In this document: positions 1-10,200 of the stretch, in pieces | Numbering within the stretch: the stretch's first letter is position 1 | Layout: each line of letters starts with the position of its first letter | NCBI RefSeq assembly: GCF_963921235.1 | Contig: NC_086097.1 | Span: 139,316,001 to 139,380,000, forward strand | Length of the DNA: 64,000 bases | DNA from: Mobula hypostoma | Taxonomy: Eukaryota | Direction: 5' to 3' | The notes under the pieces: generated by a model | The model's database searches: none | What the model saw: only the letters and a program-made list of their open reading frames with translations | What the model was told of the DNA's origin: nothing | Translations under genes and position numbers: made by a program

Positions 1-344
1 CACTGGTGCAGAGTGTGGTGTGTGGGGTGGAGGGTTCAGCAGAAATAAGCTCGTTTGTCAACATTGCCAATCTGTGTTGGATCAGCTTCTTCCTGCACAG
101 CCGCTGAGAGCACAGGCACAGGTCACACCACACCTCGAATCACATCAACCTCCGAGTGAAGGGAGGAGGTTTACACTCAATTCTTCCAACACGTCACAGA
201 ACAGCAGCATGTTCTGGGAACCCACAAATGTGGCTGCGGATGGTGACGGGGTAGTTTTGGTTATTTAGAGAAGATGAGAATGCCAGTGATCAATGAGGTT
301 GGGTACAGTGATGTGGACTGACCCCATGTCACCTGCCTGTCCAG

Positions 345-519
345 GAACTGGGCCTCAGCAGCAATGCAGCGTGACTGTTGTAAACAGTGAAAATTCAATC
401 CAGCTGCTCAACGCCTTCACCTACACGTCAGCTTTGACCCCCGTGGTGACCGCCGTTGAGCCCAGGCAAGGAGGAACAGCAGGAGGCACCAAACTGACCA
501 TCACGGGATCGGGCTTCAG
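345..519 (+). CDS. PKHD1L1: Internal coding exon of fibrocystin-L (PKHD1L1-like); end of one IPT/TIG repeat and start of the next
   Basis: Acceptor cctgtccag|G at 344/345 and donor CAG|gtgagt at 519/520. Translates (G)TGPQQQCSVTVVNSENSIQLLNAFTYTSALTPVVTAVEPRQGGTAGGTKLTITGSGF(S), the IPT/TIG signature FTY...TP.V..V.P..G...GGT.LTITGSGF. Phase 1 in, phase 2 out. Confidence 0.9.
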
Positions 520-1201
520 GTGAGTGTAGGTTCCAATCCAATTGGATATCGCATTCGGAAGAACCTGTCCACTTTTGTGTCATTCTCAGAAGACATGTTA
601 CTTTTCATTTCCAGGTATAATAATTATTCTTAAACAGCATACTTTTGTTGTATGGAACAAAAGGGATATCATGTATTATGGAACGACTGTTCCCACTGAC
701 TATCTTGTTGCTGTGATACGTTTCCACTTTGCTACCCAGTGCCTCAGTGTGAGTATCCTTAGCCTGACCAGTCCTCACACAAGCTCTCACTTGTAGGCGT
801 GAGATAGGCAGATCAAACTTATACTGCCATCTCTGCATCACTCTCCGAACAATATCTGTAGGGAGTCTGGCAATGCCAGTTTAGGTTTCTACTCTCATCC
901 CTGAGAAATTTGATCCATGTTGTGTGGAGAGTGAACCCTAAACAAGGAGAGGAGTTAGTGGACCTCCAGCTCTTGCAATAATCTGCCCTTGAATAGTGAT
1001 TCAGGGAGTCCCTATTGCCCAGAAGCACAACTGAACCAGGAACACAAAGACTGCGGCTGCAGGGGCAGGCCAGAGACAGGGTATTTTCCAGTGCCCCCCC
1101 CCCCCCATGTGGAGACTGTGAAGGAACGTTCAGTGCCCATTGAGTGCAGCTCCAGCAACAGTCAAGACACTCAACCCCAACCAGTTCAGAGCAGCCCAGT
1201 T

Positions 1202-1813
1202 GATTAGGTTATGAAGTCATGCAGTCCTCTTTTATTGTCATTTAGTAATGCATGCATTAAGAAACGATACAATATTTCCTCCGGTGTTATATCACAAAAC
1301 ACAGGACAGACCAAGACTGAAAAAAAACCAAAACCACATAATTATAACATATAGTTACAACAATGCAACAGTACCATAACTTGATGAAAAAGTCCATGAG
1401 CACAGTAAAAGTTCAAAGTCTCTCAAATGTCCCATATCTCACGCAGACGGGTGAAGGGAGGAAAACTCTCCCTGCCATACCTGACTCTGAGTCATCCGAA
1501 AACTTCGAGCTCTGATCAGCTCTCCAACACCGAGTACTGAGCGCCATCACTATCTGAACGAATCGACCTCCTTCTCAGTCGCCAACAGCAGGCAAAGCCA
1601 GGGATTTTGAGGCCTTCCCTCAGAAAGATTCCCGACCGCGCAGTAACGACAGCAGCGAACGAGCGTTTCAGAAATTTTTCCAGATGTTCCTCTGTGCTTT
1701 CACACCCCTCTCTATCAAATCAGAATTGTCCACGGCCCCTATTTAATGGATACAATATCATTTTTCACTGGGGGGCTGCACACGCACGGTGCACTGCTTT
1801 CTCTCCTCCCGCC
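1202..1813 (-). mobile_element. Probable non-autonomous interspersed retroelement (SINE-like or LINE 3' derivative), family unassigned
   Basis: The minus strand ends ...ctaaatgacAATAAAagaggactgcatgacttcataacctaatc (polyA signal plus short-repeat tail). The body is locally CpG-rich (about 1440-1790) relative to the flanks. It resembles a repeat I recall from batoid genomes; not database-verified. Confidence 0.55.
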
Positions 1814-1851
1814 TATCACCAGAAGACATTGCATATCACCAGAAGACATTG
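1814..1851. repeat. 18-bp direct repeat with 20-bp period
   Basis: tatcaccagaagacattg at 1814-1831 and 1834-1851. Confidence 0.9.
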
Positions 1852-1952
1852 GAGCAGAAATAGGCTATTTGGCCCATTGAATTTGCTCTGCCATTCACTC
1901 ATGGCTAATTTATTATCCCTCTCAACCCTAATCTCCTGCCTTCTCCCCATAC
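1841..1952 (-). mobile_element. CR1-like LINE 3' end fragment
   Basis: agaagacattggagcagaaataggctatttggcccattgaatttgctctgccattcactcatggct...ctcctgccttctcccc resembles the reverse complement of chondrichthyan CR1/HER1-type 3' ends (recalled pattern). Confidence 0.6.
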
Positions 1953-1999
1953 ACCATCCACCACCCTAAACACACACTCTCTCCACCACCGACACACAG

Positions 2000-2293
2000 T
2001 GTTCACCCTCTTCCAATGCATTGCAATTTCTCACCCAGATTCCATCAACAGCACCTCCCAAACCCTTGACAGCTACCACCAAGAGAAACAAGGGCAGCAA
2101 GCACAGATTGCCCTCCTGTCACTCACTGTCCCACCTTGGAAATGTTCCTCGTTTTATCCTCACCACTGTCTAACTCTTGGATCTCCCTCCCAACAGGACT
2201 ACAGGTGCACCTTCACTAGACCTTCTCAAGGGCAATTGGGATGCAACATGCAGTAAATGCTGGGCTTGCCAGTGATATTCAGATCCCAAGAAA
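2000..2293 (+). mobile_element. Decayed LINE (CR1/L2-like) 3' fragment
   Basis: ...ctccctcccaacagga...ccttctcaagggcaattgggatg...taaatgctgggcttgccagtgat...atccc resembles a LINE 3' tail common in shark and ray DNA (recalled pattern). The 5' boundary is approximate. Confidence 0.45.
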
Positions 2294-2393
2294 TAGGTGC
2301 AAGTAGAGCACCCAGCACTCCTACCTTTCTGCAGTTATACTCACCTGTAGACCTGCGCACCTCCCACAATGATGGTTCCTCTTGCACTTCCAG

Positions 2394-2544
2394 CATAAAT
2401 GAGACTTCTGTCACTGTGGCTGAAGCTGCCTGTGAGATCCAGTCTGTGAATGAAACCAACATTGTTTGCATCACCGGTGCACAATCACCCTCCCAGAAGA
2501 CCAAGGTCAAGGTCAACGTAAAGGGAAATGGCATCGCCAAACTG
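2394..2544 (+). CDS. PKHD1L1: Internal coding exon of fibrocystin-L; second half of IPT/TIG domain
   Basis: Pyrimidine tract ttcctcttgcacttccag|C and donor CTG|gtgagg. The first base completes the Ser codon (AG+C) from the previous exon. Translates INETSVTVAEAACEIQSVNETNIVCITGAQSPSQKTKVKVNVKGNGIAKL, with the TIG C-x-I-x-S-V-N-x-T-x-I-x-C motif. Confidence 0.9.
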
Positions 2545-2854
2545 GTGAGGGACTCATGGCCTTTGAAAGAAAGAGAGTTGTTCGGCAGGGGGCGGGTAGG
2601 AATGTGGGGAGGGGTCCAACACGAGACAGGAGGAGATGGAATGCAAGAAGTATGGATGGGATCTGGAAGAGTGAGAATGTGAGAAGGGTGGATGGGACAC
2701 AGGGATCAGTAATATCCTAATGTAAGGTGATGTTGTCCCAGTGCAAGGGGGCTGGAAATTTTGAGATGGAAGTGGGCCGTATTAGGAGACAATAGCTTCG
2801 GTGTAAAAAGCCAGTTGAAGTCTAAAGGAATGAGAGGTGATCCTTCTATAGATG

Positions 2855-3360
2855 TACTGTGGAGAGCATTCTGACAGGCTGCATCACTGCCTGGTAAGGG
2901 GGAGGGGGCTACTGCACAGGACCAAAAGAAGCTGCAGAGGGTTGTAAATTTAGTCAGCTCCATCTTGGGTACTAGCCTACAAAGTACCCAGGATATCTTC
3001 AAGGAGCGGTGTCTCAGATAGGCAGTGTCGATTATTAGGGACCTCCAGCACCCAGGGTATGCCCTTTTCTCACTGATACCATCAGGTAGGTGGAACAGAA
3101 GCGTGAAGGCACACACTCAGCTTCTTCCCCTCTGCTATCTGATTCCTAAATGGACACTGAAACTTTGGACACTATCTCACTTTTTAAATACATATTATTT
3201 CTGGTTTTGCATGATTTTTAATCTATTCAATATACATATACTGCAATTGATTTACTTATTTATTTTTACTTTTTTCTTCCATATTATGTATTGCATTGAA
3301 CTACGCTTACTAAGTTAACAAATTTCATGACACAGGCTGGTGATAATAAACCTGATTCTG
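2855..3360 (+). mobile_element. Rex1/Babar-like non-LTR retrotransposon 3' fragment (degenerate ORF C-terminus and 3' UTR)
   Basis: Translates TVESILTGCITAW*G...QDQKKLQRVVNLVSSILGTSLQSTQDIFKERCLR*AVSIIRDLQHPGYALFSLIPSGRWNRSVKAHTQ, the Rex1-type C-terminal pattern (ESILT.CIT.W, LQRVV, II.D..HP...LF.L.PSGR). It has in-frame stops, an AT-rich 3' UTR and a terminal gataATAAAcctgattctg. Confidence 0.8.
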
Positions 3361-3476
3361 GTTGATATCTTAACGGGAGTCACGGGAAATGCTATTGAGG
3401 TAGAAATGGCAGAACAAGCTGAATGGGCTGAATGGCCTTTTTCCTTTCCTCACCTTCTGTTCGTTATTTTTGGCAG

Positions 3477-3633
3477 GACTTTGCAGATTACTACTATGTC
3501 GATGTGTGGTCATCACGGTACACGTGGGGAGGTCAGCCACCCCCTGAGAAGGGCTCCCTGGTGGTCATCACCAAGGGCCAAACCATCCTGTTGGACCAAA
3601 GCACGCCCGTGCTAAAGATGCTGCTTATTCAAG
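3477..3633 (+). CDS. PKHD1L1: Internal coding exon of fibrocystin-L; start of G8 domain
   Basis: Acceptor ttatttttggcag|GAC and donor CAAG|gtgacc. Translates DFADYYYVDVWSSRYTWGGQPPPEKGSLVVITKGQTILLDQSTPVLKMLLIQ(G), which matches my recollection of the PKHD1L1 G8 N-terminus (WS...WGG..PP..GSLVVITKGQTILLDQSTP.LKMLLIQG). Phase 0 in, phase 1 out. Confidence 0.93.
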
Positions 3634-4080
3634 GTGACCGCACTCAGAGCCCTCCTGCTGCCGACGCAGAGTGAAGTGGAGTTGGGCTCGAGGGAATGGG
3701 GACACAGCAGTCACAGTGCTGGCAACTCAGGGGCCTACAGGAGTCATTTGAAGCTGCCCAGACTCCCGTGTACCATTTGGCAGGAGCTCCTAAAACAGGC
3801 GCAGACCCTTGAATCACGTGTATTTCCACAGTGGAGCGACACACACAGAATGCTGGAGCACTGGGGGACTGCTTTGCCAAGCCCCTTCACTCTACCCACT
3901 GCAAAAGGCAGGATCTCCAGGAGACCACTTCCCATTCCCACACTAACACGTTTATCCACGGCCATGGTGAGCCCAGAGACAGGCCAGAGGAGCAACACTT
4001 CATATTCTGTCTCGCTGATTTCAACCTGATAGCATGAACATTGATTTGTCTGCTTCCAGTAACCACTCCCCTCTGTTTTC

Positions 4081-4097
4081 CACACACACACACACAC
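4081..4097. repeat. (CA)n microsatellite
   Basis: cacacacacacacacac. Confidence 0.9.
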
Positions 4098-4339
4098 CCT
4101 TTTGTTTTCTGTCATTCCAGGAGCCCTCTCACCCCTTCTCTTCCCCTCTCCATCCTCATGACTTGCCTGTCACTTCCCTTTAGTTCCCCACCTCCTTCCC
4201 CTTATTCCAAGGTCTTCTGTTCTCTCTTATCAGATTCCTTCTTCAATCCTCTGGCTCATCCACCTGTCACCTTCGAGCTTCCCACATCATTCCCTTTCAT
4301 TCCCCTTCCCCCATTCCTCCACACCTTTATGTTCTAAAT

Positions 4340-4448
4340 TCATAGAACATAGAAAACCTACAGCACAATACAGGCCCTTCGGCCCACAAAGCTGTGCCGA
4401 ACATGTCCTTACCTTAGATATTACCTAGGGTTACCCATAGCCCTCTAC
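4340..4448 (-). mobile_element. CR1-like LINE 3' end nested in the Penelope-like remnant
   Basis: catagaacatagaaaacctacagcacaatacaggcccttcggcccacaaagctgtgccgaac is the reverse complement of a CR1-type 3' terminus with a short (TTCTATG)n tail (recalled pattern). Confidence 0.6.
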
Positions 4449-4542
4449 TTCAACCACTCTTCCTTTCCAGTCTCAGCCCAGAGCATCGACTGCTGGTTTT
4501 CCTCCATGGATGCTGACTGGCCTGCGGAGTTCCCCCAGCACC

Positions 4543-4559
4543 TGTGTGTGTGTGTGTGT
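4543..4559. repeat. (TG)n microsatellite
   Basis: tgtgtgtgtgtgtgtgt at the end of the Penelope-like remnant. Confidence 0.9.
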
Positions 4560-4690
4560 CTCACAATTTCCAGATACTTTCCTATCTTTGTTTAGCTGTA
4601 GCGGTGCCAGCCACTACCAGCCAACAGCATTGGGGCAGTGCCATGCTGGCCCACAGGGGGTGCACTGTTGTGCCGACCCACGGCAGTGGA

Positions 4691-4713
4691 TGTGTGTGTG
4701 TGTGTGTGTGTGT
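4691..4713. repeat. (TG)n microsatellite
   Basis: About 11 TG units. Confidence 0.95.
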
Positions 4714-4914
4714 CCTCAGAAAAGCACACTGTACAAGACCACACCAGGACAGGTGGACTTGGCCTTCTGCTCCATGTTGGTGTGTGTCTCCATCTGCTGC
4801 CACCACCACCCCCTCTCCTGTGTATTTACCCAAAGAGGCAGTGTGCGGGCAGGAGGGTGGGGCTGTGGAGGAGGTTAGAGATCACTGAGATCACTGCCCT
4901 TAACCTGTTTGCAG

Positions 4915-4994
4915 GTGGTTCTCTCATCTTCGATGAGGTCGACATTGAATTCCAGGCCGAGAACATTCTGATCACGGACGGCGGGCTACTCCAG
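4915..4994 (+). CDS. PKHD1L1: Internal coding exon of fibrocystin-L; G8 domain
   Basis: Acceptor ccttaacctgtttgcag|GT and donor CAG|gtaatg. Translates (G)GSLIFDEVDIEFQAENILITDGGLLQ. Phase 1 in, phase 0 out, compatible with both neighbours. Confidence 0.93.
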
Positions 4995-5006
4995 GTAATG
5001 GAGGTT

Positions 5007-5109
5007 GGGGGAGGATGGTGTCAGAGTATTGGAGGAGAATGGTGTCAGGGTACCGGGGGCAGCATGGTTTCAGGGTACTGGGGGAGGAAGGTGTCAGGAT
5101 ACTGGGGGG
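5007..5109. repeat. Degenerate G-rich ~24-bp tandem repeat, about 4 copies
   Basis: ggggaggatggtgtcagagtatt / ggaggagaatggtgtcagggtacc / gggggcagcatggtttcagggtact / gggggaggaaggtgtcaggatact / gggggg, starting 13 nt after the exon 4915-4994 donor. Confidence 0.8.
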
Positions 5110-5317
5110 ATTGGGAGAACTCAGATCCATGGCTCAGTGATACAGGGTAAAGCATGTGCGCAATGTGAAGAGAGATCTGCGACTGGTGTAGGTGCTCCTC
5201 CTGGCCTAGTGGCTGTGACCTCCTCCTGACTGCAGGTCCTCTGATTCACTGCTGGCTAATTGGGTTGTCCATCACAGAGATGGACGTATTCCCAACCAAT
5301 AGGATGTAAATCAATTA

Positions 5318-5410
5318 AAACTTGCAGATAAATTGAAAACAGAAAATGTTGGAAACACCCAGCAGGACAGGCAGTGCGTGTGGAGGGAGTAACAGTTAAA
5401 GGTTGGGAAC
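5318..5410 (-). mobile_element. Penelope-like terminal fragment
   Basis: aacagaaaatgttggaaacacccagcaggacaggcagtgcgtgtggagggagtaacagttaa is a diverged reverse complement of the terminal motif at 4500-4545. Confidence 0.45.
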
Positions 5411-6261
5411 TCTTCTGTCGTGTGACGGCACAGCAGGAATGCACCCAGCTGGATGCACCAGCCCAGCACTCTCGAGGAGCCTTGAGCTGGAGCAGGTGAA
5501 CGCCAAGGGAGGCCATTCCGCCCTTCACCAACTCAGTGACCATGACGACTGCTGGGCTTCATTTCCTGAGTCCCTCATCTGCAGCAATGCACGGACATTA
5601 GCCCTGAATCTACTTGGTCAAGACTTGCAGCCACCAAGGTGGAACAACCTGAGGATTCCCCGTCACCAAGGAGGGAAATTCTGGGTGCTCCCCCTGTCCG
5701 GATGAAAGGACTTATCTCGGTGTGAGTGGTCCATTGCAGGAACCTGGAAGCTCCACCTCACACACCATCACCACCACCACCACCGTTGTGGCTCCCAGTT
5801 TCTCTGCTGAAGTGGCTTGAGTCACGGGCAATCACAGTACAAAGAGGCTCTCACTCTGTCTGGCCATCTGCTGACCACGGGTGCCAGACCAGTGGGAACA
5901 TGCAGTCAGCCCAAGTGGGGGTGGCTCTGGTCACCACGGATTGCTGTGTGGAGACGGAATGAACGTCCCCTCAGCTGTGGCTCAGTCCGAATGTCTCCGC
6001 AGTCACTTTATCACACCGTCACATTCCGATCTGCCGGAAGGTTCTAGACACAGGCCCACGCTCTCAGGTCCTACACTCCAAGAGATGGAAAGTAAAAGCT
6101 CCTGGACAAATCAAGGGGATTCTACTGGTCCCCGCTTCGGGACACACATTTGGGAGTCCAGCCACAGGAGAGTTGTCCCCAGTATCCCTGCCTGAGATAC
6201 TGATCGATGGGTGGGGGTGTGCTCATCAATTAAACTATTTCCCCCTTTTTTCCTGGGCTAG

Positions 6262-6391
6262 GTGGGAACAAGTTCCACTCCTTTCCAACACAAAGCCACC
6301 ATCACCCTTCACGGCCACCTGCGTTCCAGGGAACTGCCCCTGTACGGATCCAAGACGCTGGCTGTTCGAGAGGGCACACTGGAGCTCCACG
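6262..6391 (+). CDS. PKHD1L1: Internal coding exon of fibrocystin-L; G8 domain C-terminal part
   Basis: Acceptor ccccttttttcctgggctag|GTG and donor CACG|gtaagc. Translates VGTSSTPFQHKATITLHGHLRSRELPLYGSKTLAVREGTLELH(G), the G8 motif G...PF...A.ITL.G...G.K.LAV..G.L.LHG. Confidence 0.93.
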
Positions 6392-6569
6392 GTAAGCCTG
6401 CAGGAGATGAGTGCACACAGCAGCTTCCACAATACACTCCAGTGAACACCCCGCACCCCAGCAGAACCCTAACCCCAATTAAACATCACAGGGCCCTTTA
6501 CAGAACGATATTCAAACCAAGAGTGAAGACCTCTCAGAGAGGTGACCAAGAGGGACACTGCGAAATTTG

Positions 6570-6725
6570 TCTGGAATTGGTATATTGCGCTGAGATACAG
6601 TGAGCAGCTTTTGCTTTGGTGCCATCCAAACAGATCATGCCAAACGTAATTACATTAAGATAGTAAAAAGAAAACAGAATGCAAAATAGAATATTACAGT
6701 TTCAGAGAAATGCAGTGCAGGTAAA
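6570..6725 (-). mobile_element. Possible decayed LINE 3' UTR fragment
   Basis: ggaattggtatattg...gagatacagtgag...catccaaacagatcat...aaacagaatgcaaaata...agagaaatgcagtgcaggtaaa resembles reverse-oriented LINE tails recalled from chondrichthyan DNA. Support is weak. Confidence 0.35.
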
Positions 6726-6899
6726 GGACATCCTCAGAAATTCAGAACAGTTCATTCCCACAGAAATATGTAGGTATAATGAATGTAAGTTCGTCCTTTA
6801 GATGGCATCTATCCCAATCGTTTGAGGGAATGTCTGTACACACCCGTAGATTTTAGATTTGCTCTTCTGACTGCTGTGTTTCCCATTCTCCTCGTTCAG

Positions 6900-7029
6900 G
6901 TCAGCCAGTCCCTGTAACGTGGACTCACCTGGCTGAGACAGCAGAGGCAGGCACTTCAACAATAACGCGCCAGAAACCTGTGAGCTGGCAGGCAGGGGAC
7001 CAGATTGTCATTGCAACAACTGGTAACAG
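6900..7029 (+). CDS. PKHD1L1: Internal coding exon of fibrocystin-L following the G8 domain (absent from the supplied ORF track)
   Basis: Acceptor tcccattctcctcgttcag|GT and donor ACAG|gtaagt. Translated by hand as (G)QPVPVTWTHLAETAEAGTSTITRQKPVSWQAGDQIVIATTGN(R), the post-G8 motif TWT.L..TA.AG......V.W..GD.IVIA.TG. Phase 1 in, phase 2 out. Confidence 0.92.
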
Positions 7030-7231
7030 GTAAGTCCATGGTGTTGTTGTACTTGGGTAGCTAAGGCTGGGCAGGACATGTGAAACCTCGTCAGGGTCAC
7101 CAAGGTCCAGAGCTGGACCTCAGCCCACCACTGGGACCTCATAGGCTGAAATGAGGGAATCTGTTGCACTGTAGGACGGGTGGTACGGAGGGAGCATCAA
7201 ACTCAGGGAGGACCAAAATTAAGAGAGCAGA

Positions 7232-10200
7232 ACACTATGGATGGACAGTACTGAGGGAGTGTCACACTGTGGGACGGACAGTACTGAGGGAGTGTCACAC
7301 TGTGGGTTTGACGGTATTGTGGGAGTGTCACGCTGTGGGATGGACAGTATTGAGGGAGTGTCACACTGTGAGATGGACGGTACTGAGGGAGTGTCACACT
7401 GTGGGACGGACAGTATTGAGGGAGTGTCACACTGTGAGATGGACGGTACTGAGGGAGTGTCACACTGTGGGATGGACAGTACTGAGGGAGTGTCACACTG
7501 TGGGATGGACAGTATTGAGGGAGTGTCACACTGTGAGATGGACGGTACTGAGGGAGTGTCACACTGTGGGATGGACGGTACTCAGGGAGTGTCACACTGC
7601 GGGATGGTCGGTATTGAGGGAGTGTCACACTGCGGGATGGTCGGTATTGAGGGAGTGTCACACTGCGGTATGGACGGTACTGAGGGAGTGTCACACTGTG
7701 GGATGGACGGTACTGAGGGAGTGTCACACTGTGGGATGGACAGTATTGAGGGAGTGTCACACTGTGGGATGGACGGTACTGAGGGAGTGTCACACTGTGG
7801 GATGGACGGTACTGAGGGAGTGTCACACTGCGGGATGGTCGGTATTGAGGGAGTGTCACACTGCGGTATGGAGAGTACTGAGGGAGTGTCACACTGCGGT
7901 ATGGAGAGTACTGAGGGAGTGTCACACTGCGGGATGGACGGTACTGAGGGAGTGTCACACTGCGGGATGGAGAGTACTGAGGGAGTGTCACACTGCGGGA
8001 TGGAGAGTACTGAGGGAGTGTCACACTGCGGGATGGACGGTACTGAGGGAGAGTCACACTGCGGGATGGAGAGTACTGAGGGAGTGTCACACTGCGGGAT
8101 GGACGGTACTGAGGGAGTGTCACACTGCGGGATGAACAGTACTGAGGGAGTGTCACACTGCGGGATGGACGATACTGAGTGAGTGTCACACTGCGTGATG
8201 GATGGTACTGAGGGAGTGTCACACTGCGGGATGGACGGTACTGATGGAGTGTCACACTGCGGGATGGTCGGTACTGAGGGAGTGTCACACTGCGGTATGG
8301 AGAGTACTGAGGGAGTGTCACACTGCGGGATGGACGGTACTGAGGGAGAGTCACACTGCGGGATGGACAGTACTGAGGGAGTGTCACACTGCGGGATGGA
8401 GAGTTCTGAGGGAGTGTCACACTGCGGGATGGACGGTACTGAGGGAGTGTCACACTGCGGGATGGACGGTACTGAGGGAGAGTCACACTGCGGGATGGAC
8501 GGTACTGAGGGAGTGTCACACTGTGGGATGGAGAGTACTGAGGGAGTGTCACACTGCGGGATGGACGGTACTGAGGGAGTGTCACACTGCGGGATGGACA
8601 GTACTGAGGGAGTGTCACACTGCGGGATGGACGGTACTGAGGGAGTGTCACACTGCGGGATGGACGGTACTGAGGGAGTGTCACACTGCGGGATGGACGG
8701 TACTGAGGGAGTGTCACAATGCGGGATGGACGGTACTGAGGGAGTGTCACACTGCGGGATGGACGGTACTGATGGAGTGTCACACTGCGGGATGGTCGGT
8801 ACTGAGGGAGTGTCACACTGCGGGATGGACAGTACTGATGGAGTGTCACACTGTGGGATAGACGGTACTGAGGGAGTGTCACACTGCGGGATGGTCGGTA
8901 CTGAGGGAGTGTCACACTGTGGGATGGAGAGTACAGAGGGAGTGTCACACTGCGGGATGGACAGTACTGAGGGAGTGTCAGACTGTGGGATGGTTGGTAC
9001 TGAGGGAGTGTCAGACTGTGGGATGGATGGTACTGAGGGAGTGTCAGACTGTGGGATGGTCGGTACTGAGAGATTGTCACACTATAGGATGGAGAGTACT
9101 CAGGGAGTGTCACACTGCGGGATGGACAGTACAGAGGGAGTGTCACACTGCGGGATGGACGGTACTGAGGGAGTGTCAGACTGTGGGATGGTCGGTACTG
9201 AGGGAGTGTCACACTGTGGGATGGACGGTACTGAGGGAGTGTCAGACTGCGGGATGGTCGGTACTGAGGGAGTGTCACCCTGCGGGATGGACGGTACTGA
9301 GGGAGTGTCACACTGCGGGATGGACGGTACTGAGTGAGTGTCACACTGTGGGATGGACGGTACTGATGGAGTGTCACACTGCGGTATGGAGAGTACTGAG
9401 GGAGTGTCACACTGCGGGATGGACGGTACTGAGGGAGAGTCACACTGCGGGATGGGACAGTACTGAGGGAGTGTCACACTGCGGGATGGAGAGTACTGAG
9501 GGAGTGTCACACTGCGGGATGGACGGTACTGAGGGAGTATCACACTGCGGGATGGACGGTACTGAGGGAGAGTCACACTGCGGGATGGACGGTACTGAGG
9601 GAGTGTCACACTGCGGGATGGAGAGTACTGAGGGAGTGTCACACTGCGGGATGGACGGTACTGAGGGAGTGTCACACTGCGGGATGGACGGTACTGAGGG
9701 AGTGTCACACTGCGGGATGGACGGTACTGAGTGAGTGTCACACTGCGGGATGGACGGTACTGAGGGAGTGTCACACTGCGGGATGGACGGTACTGAGGGA
9801 GTGTCACACTGCGGGATGGACGGTACTGAGGGAGTGTCACACTGCGGGATGGACGGGACTGATGGAGTGTCACACTGCGGGATGGTCGGTACTGAGGGAG
9901 TGTCACACTGTGGGATGGACGGTACTGATGGAGTGTCACACTGTGGGATAGACGGTACTGAGGGAGTGTCACACTGCGGGATGGTCGGTACTGAGGGAGT
10001 GTCACACTGTGGGATGGAGAGTACAGAGGGAGTGTCACACTGCGGGATGGACAGTACTGAGGGAGTGTCAGACTGTGGGATGGTTGGTACTGAGGGAGTG
10101 TCAGACAGTGGGATGGATGGTACTGAGGGAGTGTCAGACTGTGGGATGGTCGGTACTGAGAGATTGTCACACTATAGGATGGAGAGTACTCAGGGAGTGT

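Larger units (their letters stand above)
3860..4545 (+). mobile_element. Penelope-like element 3' remnant (degenerate GIY-YIG C-terminus plus 3' region)
   Basis: The frame at 3831-4037 reads GDCFAKPLHS...EEQHFIFCLA followed by ...cctgatagcatgaacattgattt, similar to vertebrate Penelope GDRFAEHLRS...LEEQHLIFRLG.LQP.GMNIDF. A pyrimidine-rich tract follows, ending in ggatgctgactggcctgcggagttcccccagca(tg)n. Confidence 0.65.

Noticed and set aside
1094..1106. Poly-C run, and the (CCA)n tract at ~5763-5784
   Set aside because: Ordinary low-complexity sequence with no evidence of function.
5965..6200. Possible very old tRNA-headed SINE remnant (cagctgtggctcagt...ggaaggttct...ggcccac)
   Set aside because: Similarity is too fragmentary to support by eye, with no intact A/B boxes or cloverleaf.
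20..6603. Short ORFs of 68-170 aa in the first 6.6 kb as independent genes
   Set aside because: Those with real signal are exon read-throughs of the PKHD1L1-like gene or decayed TE frames. The rest have no recognisable motif and overlap microsatellites.
345..7029. Assignment to PKHD1 (fibrocystin) or CEMIP/TMEM2 rather than PKHD1L1
   Set aside because: IPT/TIG repeats directly before G8 exclude CEMIP/TMEM2. The G8 sequence (GSLVVITKGQTILLDQSTP.LKMLLIQG, AENILITDGG, PFQHKA.ITLHGHLRS) matches my recollection of PKHD1L1 much better than PKHD1. Reciprocal BLASTP would confirm.
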